Assembly: GCA_036785375.1 (NCBI GenBank)
Contig: JAWMAR010000094.1
Span: forward strand, 6,820,001 to 6,884,000
Reading direction: 5' to 3'
DNA length: 64,000 nucleotides
Source of the DNA: Leucoraja ocellata
Taxonomy: Eukaryota
The notes under the pieces were generated by a model, which searched no databases, had not been told where the DNA came from, and saw only the letters and a program-made list of their open reading frames with translations. A program made the translations under genes and the position numbers. Within the stretch, counting starts at the first letter, position 1, and each line of letters starts with the position of its first letter. Positions 14,168-25,640 of the stretch are shown piece by piece.

Positions 14168-14600
14168 AGAAATCCAATCCAATCCAATCCAACTTTATTT
14201 GTTAAGCACTTTAAGACAACCAATGTTGACCAAAGTGCTGTACAGAAGAATAAACAAGACATCATAAACAGACAACATAACAGAACATAACATAACAGCT
14301 CACATAAAGCACAAAAATTACATATGAAATACAACATTAAATTAAAAGACATAAAACATGAGTAAAAATAATAACCACGCAATAAAGCAATCAAAAAAGA
14401 AATTAAATCAAGTAAATAAAGTCGACATCTTACTGGGTATCAAAGGCCACGGAGAAGAGATGGGTTTTAAGAAGTGATTTAAAAACAGACAGAGAAGAGG
14501 CCTGTTTAATGTGGACAGGCAGATCGTTCCATAATTTGGGTGCCGACACAGCAAAGGCACGGTCCCCTCTGAGCTTCCGCTTAGTTTTAGGCCCCCTAGA
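14168..14600 (-). mobile_element. L2-clade LINE 3' end
   Basis: GDRAFAVSAPKLWNDLP...FKSLLKTHLF C-terminus; (TTGGA)n tail. Confidence 0.85.
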
Positions 14601-14947
14601 AATACGGTCCTTGGTTATACTTCTTGGTAACACACGAACGGGCTCAATAAAATGGCAGACGATTTAATTAATGTAGTGAGAGAGAGAGGGGGGGGGGGTG
14701 CGAGAGGGAAGGGAGAGAGAGGGGAGAGGGAGAAAGAAAAGGTCGGGAGGAGAAATGTATGTGGGAGAGAGAGAGCGAGAAAGAGAGAAGGGTGGGGGGG
14801 GGGGGTCAAAGAAATACGGAGACATAAGGAGCAAGGCAGAGAGCGAGAGAGAGAGAGAGAGAGAGCAAAAATTTAGACATGACGAGAGAGAAAGAGTGTT
14901 GCAGGCTAATTAGTTTTACTTCAGTTGGGAGAAATGCTGCGATTTCT

Positions 14948-15460
14948 AATCTTGGTTCTTGGTTCTTGGTTTCTTGGTCATCCAAAATGTTCCAAATGGA
15001 ATTTAAACTGCAGGTGATGAAGGGAGGGCTTAAGCCAGAAAGGATTATTGGGAAGAAAGAGCTACTTTAAATTTAGTTGCATCTGGTTGGGTAACTATAG
15101 ATGGGTGGAGATTATTCCATGCTTTAATTGTGCGGGGGAAGAACGAATTGCTGTATACATCTGTCTTTGTAGCTGGGATCACAAATTGGATCGAATGCAC
15201 TCGTCTGCTCCTAATTGGTTTGGGTTTGGTGTAGGTCTTGTAGTCTATGTCGAGCTGACCATTTAACATTATGTAAAAAACAGGTCAAACGGTGAGCTTC
15301 ACGTCTGTCTGTCATGGAGAGGGTTCCACCCCAGAGAATTCAGAAGTTTGGTGACACTCGCTTCTCTCTCATAGGTGTTAGTAACAATTCGAGCTGCCTG
15401 TCTTTGGACACGTTCGATGGAAGAAATGTTTTTATTTGTGTATGGGTCCCATGCTGCCAT
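14948..15460 (-). mobile_element. CR1/L2-group LINE 3' fragment
   Basis: YSNSFFPRTIKAWNNL C-terminal motif; (CCAAGAA)n tail. Confidence 0.7.
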
Positions 15461-15719
15461 AATCGAAGAAATGCAAACAAAACGCTCGGTTTATACCTAC
15501 AGATACCTTGTCAAAAATTACAGCAATCATGTTTGGTGCATCTCTCAGCCCGGTATTAAATATATAAATTCCGAGTACTATTTAACGTGAGAGTTTGAAA
15601 TGTGTTGGTGAAAAGTCCAGGTGACTTACACGTAGATAATAGGCGGTTTACAAATACCACAAACAAGTAATAAAGCCTGGGGCAACCGAGTAACACGTAC
15701 AAATGTTATACAGCGTTTA

Positions 15720-18265
15720 TACAGGATACTGGTGGGAACGCAATTGAACGTCCGGGTGGATAAGTCTCCTGGACTGGATGGATTGCACCGGGGTTCTGAA
15801 GGAGGTGCCTTCAGAGATTGGCGAAACATTAGTTGTGATATTAAAAGAATCACTAGAGTTGGGAGTGGTTTCTGAAGATTGGAATACCACGAATATCACC
15901 CCGCTATACAAGAAGGGAGCAAAGTAGAAGAGCAGAATCGAGTGGCCGGTTATCCTGACTTCGGTGGTTGGTAAGATTTTACAGACAATTATAAAGGATG
16001 AGGTCATATAGTACTTAGAAGTTCATGATAAAATAGGCCGAAATCAGTATGGTTTTGTGAAGGGCCGATCTTGACCCACGGAAGGGAAGCTGTAGAAATT
16101 GTGCACCTAGATTTTCAGAAACATAGAAACATAGAAAATAGGTGCAGGAATAGGCCATTCGGCCCTTCGAGCCTGCCACGCCATTCAATATGATCATGGC
16201 TGATCATCAAACTCAGTATCCTGTACCTGCCTTCTCTCCATACCCCGGATCCCTTTAGCCCCAAGGGCCACATCTAACTTCCTCTTAAATATGGCCAATG
16301 AACTGGCCTCAGCTACCTTCTGTGGCAGAGAGTTCCACAGATTCACCACTCTCTGTGTAAAAAATGTTTTTCTCATCTCGGACCTAAAAGACTTCCCCCT
16401 TATCCTTAAACTGTGATCCCTTGTTCTGGACTTCCCCAACATCGGGAATATTCTTCCTGCATCTAGGCTGTTCAACCGCTTAAGAATTCTATAAGTTTCT
16501 ATAAGATGCCCCCTCAATATTCTAAATTTTAGCGAGTACAAGCCGAGTCTATCTAGTCTTTCTTCATATGAAAGTCCTGCCATTTCAGTAATCAGTCTGG
16601 TGAACCTTCTCTGTACTCCCTCTATGCAAGATTGTATTTCCTCAGCTTAGGAGACCAAAACGGTACGCAATATTCCAGGTGTGGTCTCACCAAGACCCTG
16701 TACAACTGCAGTAGAACCTCCCTGCTTTTATACTCAATTCCTTTTGCTATGAATGCTAACATACCATTCGCTTTCTTCACTGCCTGCTGCACCTGCGTGC
16801 CTACTTTCAATGACTGGTGTACCGTGACACCCAGGTCTCGTTACAACTTCCCTTGGATTGGAGGAGGGCTACTGTTATCCAACTTTTTAAGAAAGGAGGG
16901 AGAGAGAAAACAGGAAATTATAGACCAGCGGTGGGGAAGATGGTGGAGTCAATGTAATAGCGGCGCATTTGGATAGCAGTAACAGGATTTGACCGAGTCA
17001 CCATGGATTTATGAAGGGGAAATCTTGTTTGAGCAATTTTTTAAGTACGTATCAAGAAATATGGATAAGGGAGAGCCAGTGGATGTAGGGTATCTGGACT
17101 ATCGGAAAGCCATTGACAATGTCCTACACAGATTAGTGGGCACAATTGGAACATATGGTATTGGGGGTAGGGTATTGACATGGAAAGAAAATTGGTTGGC
17201 AGACCGGAAACAAAGAGTAGGAATTAACGTGTCCCTTTCAGAATGAGACGCAGTGACTAGTGGGGTGCCACAAGGCTCGGTGCTGGGATTGCAGCTATTA
17301 ACAATATATATAAATGATTTAGATGAAGGAATTAAAAGTAACATTAGCAAATTTGCAGATGCCGCAAAGCTGGATGGCAGTGTGAACTGTGAAGAGGATG
17401 CTATGAGGATGCAGGGTGACTTTGATAGGTTGGGTGAGTGGGCAGATGCATGGCAGATGCAGTATAATGTGGATAAATGTGAGTTTGTCCACTTTGGTGG
17501 CAAGAACGAGAAGGCAGATTACGATCTGAATGTAGTCAGAATATTGCAGGATAAGGGGAAGTGCAACGAGACCTGGGTGTCCTTGTACACCAGTCACTGA
17601 AAGTAAGCACGCAGGTACAGCAGGCAGTGAAGAAAGGCCTTCATAACGAGAGGATTTGAGTATAGGAGCAACGAGGTCCTTCTGTAGTTGTACAGGGCCC
17701 TTGTGAGACCACCCCTGGAGTATTGCGTGCAGTTTTGGTCTCCTGAGGAAGGACATTCTTCTTATTGAGCGCACCGTAGTTTCACGAGGTTAATTCCCGG
17801 GATGGCGGGACTGTCATATGATGAAAGAATGGGACGACTGGGCTTGCATTTACTGGAATTTAGAAGGATGAGAGAGGATCTTATAAAACCATATACAATT
17901 ATAAAGGGATTGGACAAGCTAGATGCATAGAACATGTTCCCGATGTTGGTGGAGTCCAGAACCAGGGGGCAGAGTGTAAGAATATGGGGTAGCGCATTTA
18001 GAACGGAGATGAGGAAAAACGTTTTCACCAGAGTGTTGTGAATTTGTGGAATTCTCTGCCTCAAAAGGCAGTGGAGGCCGATTCACTGGATATATTGAAA
18101 AGATACGACTCTTTGGTTTAGCGGAATCAAGGGATATGGGAAGAAGGCAGGAACGGGGCACTGAGCATGGATGATCAGCCAAGATTACATTGAATGGCGA
18201 TGCTGGCTCGAATTGCCTAATGGCCAACTCCTGCACCTATTTTCCATGTTTAAATGTTTCTATGA
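15720..18265. mobile_element. cluster of CR1 fragments (+ 15720-16080, - 16117-16845, + 16845-18265)
   Basis: Multiple RT motifs ([27 protein letters not shown]) and 3' tails on both strands. Confidence 0.85.
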
Positions 18266-18437
18266 TAATCTCAAGTGCTGCCAGGGTGTAATCCCACTGT
18301 CAACTATCTCCAGATCCAGAGACCACACTCTCAGACTAAGTGGTCTGCCCTGGCTGACTGGAATATAAACTCACCCGCAGAGGGGGGTGACGTTTTAGAC
18401 TCCGGAGAATCAGTTGCTCGGTTTATACAATACATAT

Positions 18438-18716
18438 TTTAGTTAGTTTTCTTTAGAGACACATCCCTTCGGCCCACTGAGTCCGCACCGACCAGCGATC
18501 CCCGCACACTTACACGATCCTACACACACTGGGGACAATTTACATTTATACCAAGCTAATTAACCTACACATCTCTATGCTTTTGGAGTGTGGGGGGAAA
18601 CAAAAGATCGCGAGGAAAACATACGAACATGGGGAGAACGGACTAATTCCGTACAGACAAGCACCCGTAGTCAGTATCGAACCCGGGTTTCCTGCAGTAG
18701 CTCAACTGCTACGCCA
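18438..18716 (-). mobile_element. V-SINE/HE1-like SINE
   Basis: Same core and 3' end as 12155-12455. Confidence 0.75.
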
Positions 18717-20534
18717 CCCCTGGATTGAATGAGATTTTAGATAGATTGTTGGATGTGAAGGGAATTGATGCTATGGGTTTCGTGCGGGAGGGCAGCACTC
18801 GGGTAAATGATCAGCCACCTTCACGTTGAACAAGGGCGAGCAGAGGCGCGAGGAACCCCGTGCCCTAATAGTATTTAATGGTCAAATGCAGAGGGAAAGG
18901 AACGTTGATATTCTCACTTTTAGCACCTTGATCCACCTATTAACGTATTAACGCGGGGAAAATATACAGTAATCAATAATACAATCAATTAGTAATTAGT
19001 TATACAAGGTGCCCACAATAGTGTAAAACCGAAGCCCGTAGTGTAACTAAAATCAGAGAACGGTTGCTGCGGGAATGGTTTGCATTGTGCGCTTTTTATT
19101 TTAAAGGAACAATACGGAAACAGGCTGCCCAAAGATCACTCGTACACACATGTTCCATGTTATCTTATCCTTCCATTATCTAAACACCAGCATTTTGGGG
19201 GGATGTGGGAGGAAACGGGAACACCAGGAGGAAACTAGCGCGGACACAGGGAGAAACAGCTCCACACAGACAGCACCTGGTTCAGAAACCCGGTTGTCTG
19301 GCGCTGTGAGGCAGCAGCTCTACCCGCTGCTCCACTGCGGCTGGGTGCCCACGAGTATGATGATTGCTGGGAAAAGTAATGCACTGTCATACCCATGTCT
19401 TTATTTCTGATGTAACGCCTCACGCTGAATGCCCATGCGCGAGTGGCGTAAGGAATGGATTCTCGTGTTGGTGGCGCAGATCCAACCCGTGTGTCGGGAT
19501 GGGCTCAAGTTGTCCAGGAGTACAGGCGAGTTGACAACTCACCCACGTGGTTGCATCCCAACACACTACTGATTCCTGGAGAGTCTTTGGCCTAACCCGA
19601 AACAAATCTCTCGCCATATCACCTTAGGCCTTTGTCCCTGGGATCGGGTAACATTAGTCATGGAGCCGCAGAGTCACACAGCACAGGCGCTTCGGCTGAG
19701 CTGTGCCGACCATGATGCCCCTTCTCCACTCGTCCCACCTGCCTGCGTTGGGCCCAAATCTATCGGAAACTTTCATATCCATGTGCCTGTACGAATATAT
19801 TTGAAATTCGACTCTCGTTCTGCCTCAACTATCTCATCTGGCAACACGTTCCATAAACCCACCCCGCTCATTGTGAAATATTATTTACACATCTTGATTT
19901 AATTGATCCGGTTTAATTTATGGCCTCTGGGTGTTAATGGCGGAGGATTCTGCAGTGCTGTACCATTGGATATCACAGCTTGGTGGACAGACTATTTGTG
20001 GAAAGAGGCGATTAATGGCACATGCGAATGGTTGTTCACCGATCCTGCCCCACACTCCATTATAAGGCAAGAATCGGATACAATAATGACTTTCGAAAAA
20101 TATTTGAACAGCTATGTGGATTGAAAGGATTTAGAAAGATGAGGGCTAAATGCATGCACTGGGACTCGCCAACGTGCGTTGACAAGGTGGGCCGAAGGGC
20201 TAGGGTTTCACTGCTCTACGACTCGATATGGAAAGTACAATGAATACAACTGCCATGTGATCCCCGAATGGGCTGGTGGGGTGGGATGGGAATGGTGAAA
20301 CTGCTGTTAATGTTGGGCTCTGCTCGCTATTTCGAGGAACTCCTGCAGTGATGTACTGGGGCTGTGTGGATTAGCTTCCAATAAACCATTCAGCAGGACG
20401 ATGCCTGGATTGTCAACTACAGTAGGACATTTGAGCTACGTGGTTGCATTCTCTGGAACGCTGGAGGTTGCGTGGACTCCTAATAGACGTATATAAAGTT
20501 AAGGGGCACACATAGGATTAATAATCAGAACCTA

Positions 20535-21360
20535 TAACATAGAAACATAGACAATAGGTGCAGGAGGAGGCCATTCAGCCCTTCGAGCCAGCACCGCCAT
20601 TCGTTGTGATCATGCCTGATCAACCCCAATCAATAACCCGTGCCTGCCGTCTCCCCATACCCCTTGATTCCACTGGCCCCTAGAGCTCTATCTAACTCTC
20701 TCTTAAATCCATCCAGTGAATTGCCCTCCACTGCCTTCTGTGGCAGGGAATTCCATAAACTTACAACTCTGGGTGAAACCGTTTTTTCTCACCTCAGTCT
20801 TAAATGACCTCCCCTTTGTTCTAAGACTTTGGCCCCTGGTTCTGGACTCACCCTACATTGCGAACATTGTTCCTGCATCTGGCTTGTCAGGTCCTTTTAT
20901 AATTTTATATGTTTCTATAAGATCCTCTCTCATCCTTCTAAACTCCAGTGAATACATGCCTAGTATTTTCAATCTTTCCTCATATGACAGTCCCGCCATC
21001 CCAGGGACCAATCTCGTGAACCTACGCTGCACTGCCTCAATCACAAGGATGTCCTTCCTCAAATTAGGAGACCGAAACTGTACACAATACTCCAGATCTG
21101 GTCTCACCAGAGCCCTATACAACTGCAGAAGAACCTCTTTACTCCTATACTGAAATCCTCTTGTTATGATGGCCAACATCCCATTAGCTTTCTTCACTGC
21201 CTGCTGTACCTGTAACCCAACTTTCAGTGACCGGTGTACATGGACACCCAGGTCTCTCTGTATTTCCCCCTTACCTAACCTAACCCCATTGAGATAATAA
21301 TCTGCCCCCTTGTTTTTGCCGCCTAAGTGGATAACCTCACATTTATCTATATTATACTGT
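20535..21360 (-). mobile_element. CR1 3' fragment
   Basis: ORF 20853-21428 (DKCEVIHLG, RPDLEYCVQF, RRMREDLI); tail at 20535. Confidence 0.9.
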
Positions 21361-22252
21361 ATTGTACCCATGTCATATACGGCTTTCCCTGACGGAGATG
21401 CGACTTTTTCAACGTATCTCTTCTGCACAGCGGCTTTAAAATCATGGAGCTGGGAGAAAAGGAGGACATTAGGGATAAGTTATTTGACTTCCATCACAGT
21501 GGGGAATGTGAGGTCGCCGAAAAAACAAGATGGACGTGCTGCCCGCACTGGTGAGGACTCGGAGGGAGAGCAGAGAGTGCGGTGATCTCGGTGTTTTGCG
21601 GGGACATGCCTCCCTGAGGACATCCCGTAGTGTGCGAGTGTGGACGGGACGGCTTTCTGAAGAAGGGTTTCGGCCCGAAACGTTGCCCATTTCCTTCGCT
21701 CCATAGATGCTGCCAAAGAGGCTGCTACACCCGCTGAGTTTCGCCAGCTTTTTTGTGTACCTACGGCTTTCTGACTGTTCGGGCGGACAGGGACTGCAGA
21801 GAGAGTGACAGCGGTCAGTACAACTCTGGTCACATCACGGTGAAGGACATTGAACTGATGGCTTTGGGTCTCCGCTTATGCTGTGGCCCTGTGGATTCTC
21901 ACACACCGCTGTGGTGGCTGTTTAAGTCTACGTGTAATTTGTATGTGGTTATGTATCTTGTTGTTTTTTTGAATGACTGTTGGCAAATCAAATTCCGTGT
22001 ATGTTTACATACTTGGCTAATAAATTAATTTCAATAAGGATTCGACGATATTTAATTTGCCATCAGCAGATTATAAGCGCCGGAAATCAGTCTCCACCCA
22101 CACAGGTTACATAGCCCCTCCCACTCATTATATTCCGGTTAATAAAGACAACCAGAGGCTCTGGTTTCCAGATACTGGAACCCGAGCGGCTACCGGACTT
22201 TGCAGACCAACTCGAGTGGGTCTGAACCTTGGCTGCTCGCCTGTCCGGAATA

Positions 22253-22304
22253 ATGGCCCCAGCGCTGCACCTACTGTGGACTCTGCTGCTGCTGCTCCCT
22301 ACAG
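22253..22304 (+). CDS. Ig light chain leader exon (MAPALHLLWTLLLLLPT-G)
   Basis: ATG at 22253, hydrophobic signal peptide, phase-1 donor AG|GTGAGA at 22305. In frame with acceptor GAAG|G at 22699/22700. Confidence 0.88.
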
Positions 22305-22699
22305 GTGAGACTCGGGTTGGTTCACGACTGATTATGTGCAACGAGGCTCGTTAAAATCTCCACCATCATCGGAGCTGTACGCGTCTTTAACCTTCTGTGG
22401 GCTCCAGATCACCCAGTCGTTTCATCCGTTCATAAGTGATCGGCCATTCAATCACGGCTGATCTATCTCTTTCTCCTAACCCCATTCTCCTGCTTTCTCC
22501 GCATAACCCCTGTCACCCGAACGAAACACGGATCTATCTATCTCTGCCTGAGATGCATCCATTAACTTGGCCTAAACCGCCGTCTGTGGCAAATAGTTCG
22601 CCTCCCTCGGACGAAAGAAACTCGTCATCATCTCATTCCTAAATAAATATATTTTATTTCTGAGGCTTTGATGAATGTTTTTATTGTGTTTTGTTGAAG

Positions 22700-23059
22700 G
22701 TCTCCTGGCGATTCCAGTCCTGAATCAAACCCCAACGTCCGGACCTGTCTCCGCGGCACAGACCGCCCGCTTAGAGTGTCGGATGCAGAACGGAAATGTT
22801 GCAAGTTACGATGTATTTTGGTATCGACAGTGTCCCGGGGATAGACCAAAGTGGGTGTTAGAGTATCAAACGGATAATGATATATACCGTGGCAGTGGGA
22901 TCACAGACCGGTTCCAACCGTCCAGAGATACTTCCGCCAACAGATACATCCTGACCATCGGCACCGTGGAGCCCGGAGACGCCGCCGTCTACTACTGTGC
23001 CGTGTGGGAAAGCGGTACGGGATACATCTTCAGCCCAGGGACTATCCTGGATATAAAGA
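22700..23059 (+). CDS. Ig light chain germline-joined VJ exon, sigma-cart (type I/NS5) class
   Basis: GLLA-IPVLNQTP...LEC...WYRQ...DRFQPSRDTS...DAAVYYC-AVWESGTGYI-FSPGTILDIK. V and J are contiguous and in frame with no RSS between them. Donor A|GTAAGT at 23060. Confidence 0.93.
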
Positions 23060-23614
23060 GTAAGTGACTCCCTCGTTCTGTTCCCATGAATCCCCTTTGC
23101 AGTCGTTCTCATTCCCCGGCGCTCGGTGCATCCCCAGACCGGGAACGCCGGACTTGTATCTGCGCGCCGTAAAAACTTGTTCTGTCTCTACTCGGCGCGG
23201 GAGGCCATTCTGCCCAATCGGGTCCGCTCCGTACGTCAGCGGTCGGGAGAGTATTCCCGCCAGCGGGGATTCCTGCATCGTTAACACAAGCCGCAGTTTG
23301 CGACAATCAAACGCGTTAATGTTGGGGAAACAAGGAAGACAATTTGCAGGCATTCTGATGAAAGACATTGAGGAAAATACCGGGCAGCGGGTTGGGCGAG
23401 TCGGCTAGAGAGTGTAGCGGGAAAGGACGTGTTGGTGCGGGCTCGGGGTGAATCCGGGATGAACCGGTCGTTTCATCGTCTCTCCACCTCTCAATGGCTT
23501 GCGGAGCCACGCTGCGTCCCCCCGCTCCCCTTGCATCACTTGACAGGGAGTGTTGGATATCCGGAGGCCTCTCCGGTGCCGGTACTTCCCGCCATAACTC
23601 CTTAAAGTGGTTGC

Positions 23615-23920
23615 TGCACATTGGCTCAACGGTAGATACGTTGCCTCACTGCGCCAGATTCCGCGATTCGAGCCTGACCTCGGGTGCTGTCTGTGTGGAG
23701 GTTGCAAGTTCTCCCTGGGATTCCTCCGGCTGCTCCGGTTTTCCCCCACATCCCAAAGACGTGCGGGTTTGTAGGTTAATTGCCCGTCGGTGAATAGCCC
23801 CTGGTGTACGGGGAGTGGTTGAGAAGCGGGATATCATAGAACTAGTGTGAACCGGTGATAAATGGCCAGTGTGGACTCGGTGGGCCGAAGGGCCAGTTTC
23901 CATGCTGTATCACCTAAAAT
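23615..23920 (+). mobile_element. V-SINE/HE1-like SINE in the J-C intron
   Basis: GGGTGCTGTCTGTGTGGAG core, CCCACATCCCAAAGACGTGC, and GGGCCGAAGGGCC...CTGTATC 3' end. Confidence 0.78.
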
Positions 23921-24021
23921 AGCTACATTCGCAAATTCACATTCAAGCGAATTCCAGAGCTGGGGTCAGTGTGTGGCGCTGCCGGCGGTCTCCATCAACT
24001 AACAATGCCTCTCTTCTCTTC

Positions 24022-24340
24022 CGCCTCTCTCTCGCTTCTCCTGCTCCCTCCGTCTCCGGAGGAAACTGGCACGGGCTCGGCCACACTCAGCTGTCTGGTG
24101 AGCGGCTTTAAACCGGGCCTCGTGGCGCTGCGCTGGGCCGTGGACGGCGTGGAGACGGAGAGCGGGGTGACGACGGGCGCCGTATCACCGGACGCCGAGC
24201 AGACGTACAGGCTGAGCAGTTACCTGCGGGTCCCCGCCGCCGCGTGGGACAAGGGCACGAGCTATTCCTGCAGCGTAGCCCATAGCTCTCTGGGCTCGCC
24301 TCTCCGCCACACCGTCTCCTCATCATCTTGCGCGAACTGA
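24022..24340 (+). CDS. Ig light chain constant exon (sigma-cart class); normal acceptor apparently missing, 5' boundary uncertain
   Basis: LLLPPSPEE..SATLSCLVSGFKPG..W..YRLSSYL..W..YSCSVAH..SSSCAN*. Both C1-set cysteines and the C-terminal interchain Cys are present. Confidence 0.88.
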
Positions 24341-24614
24341 GTTCGTGCCATTGGCATCGGCTGCCAATTCTCTGCTATGTTTAACACAGAGAGGTGTTCA
24401 CTGTGGTCTGCCGCCACATTGTGCAATGTAACCTATAGCAATGTCCGCTTCTGGGAACAACACGAATATGTAATTATCTCAGAGATCAGTGCGAATTTCG
24501 TTGCAGATTTGTCTCCAGTTCTATGTGTCTTACTGCCTCTGTCTGTAGAATGGGGGCAGATTCCCCTGTAGACAGTAACCGTGTTGTGATTGGATCTGGT
24601 GTAACTCAGCTCTC

Positions 24615-24620
24615 AATAAA
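24615..24620 (+). terminator. probable polyadenylation signal of the IgL gene
   Basis: First AATAAA after the C-exon stop (about 275 nt downstream). Confidence 0.55.
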
Positions 24621-25640
24621 GAGGAAAAACTGCAGTGTGATTCCATTGGTCTGTTTTCACTTGGATCCTCGCAGTACATTGAGGGGTTTGGGGCAAAGAC
24701 GTGGCGATCAGGAGCCGCCTTACACAACTACAGCCAGTTCCGCTCAAACGGCTGATTCCGCTCCTCTTGATCAATCCCACTCTGTGTCTGCACCGACCTC
24801 TTCCCCCCTCTCCCACCTGCCGCCGTCTGCCGCTTCCTCTATTCTGCGTCCGGTCTCTCCTACCTCCATCGCAACCTCACGTGTTTATCCTACTCCCCAT
24901 TTCCCACCTATAGCCCCTCTGGATGCTAGTTGCACAATCTCGCCGCTCTTTGGTCAAATTTGTGGGAGGGGCTGGGACACACACGCGAACACACACACAC
25001 ACACACACACACACTTGAAACACGGAGCTGGACTCATCCGCTCTGATCCATCCGTCAAATTTTGTCCGTTCCGTTTGTAATCCGATGCATTCCGGGCACC
25101 TTGTTGGATTCTGAAGCTGCCGACGCTGCAATATTCAACATGTCGGAGGGAAACATAATTACGTGACAAAAAATAAGCCGAAGTCGATCCTTGGACCATT
25201 CAACGTGGTTCACCTCTCAACCTCGTACTGATTTCGCCAATTAACTCCCAGCCGTGATCTATAATTGTAAGGAAAGACGTGCAATGCCGGAGTAACATCG
25301 CTGCTCAGGCAGCATCCCTGGAGCACGTGGGTAGGTGAAAACTCGGTTAGAGACCCTTCTTCAGATTTAGCTCCGAACCTAAACGTCACCTATCCATGTT
25401 CTCCATGGATGCTATCCGACCCATTACCAATGTCTATCCTTGGTCAACTAGCATCTGCAGTTGATTGTTTGCAGTTGCCGCTATAAATGCACGAAGTTCT
25501 CAGATATCAGTAATAATGTGACGCTATCTCTCGGGAAGCATTCGCTACTGACGACAGAGTGGGCGAACACTAAAATACATAAAAGCTGACCACCGGGTTG
25601 TCAATGTTCAAGAATGAACAGCAAATGCTGAAACATCGAA

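Noticed and set aside
22993-22999. TACTGTG cryptic heptamer in V FR3
   Set aside because: Forced by the conserved YYC codons; no nonamer at a correct spacing was identified.
24523-25080. 185-aa ORF downstream of the C exon as a membrane or tail exon
   Set aside because: Overlaps the 3' UTR and a (CA)n repeat, has no TM segment, and light chains lack such exons.
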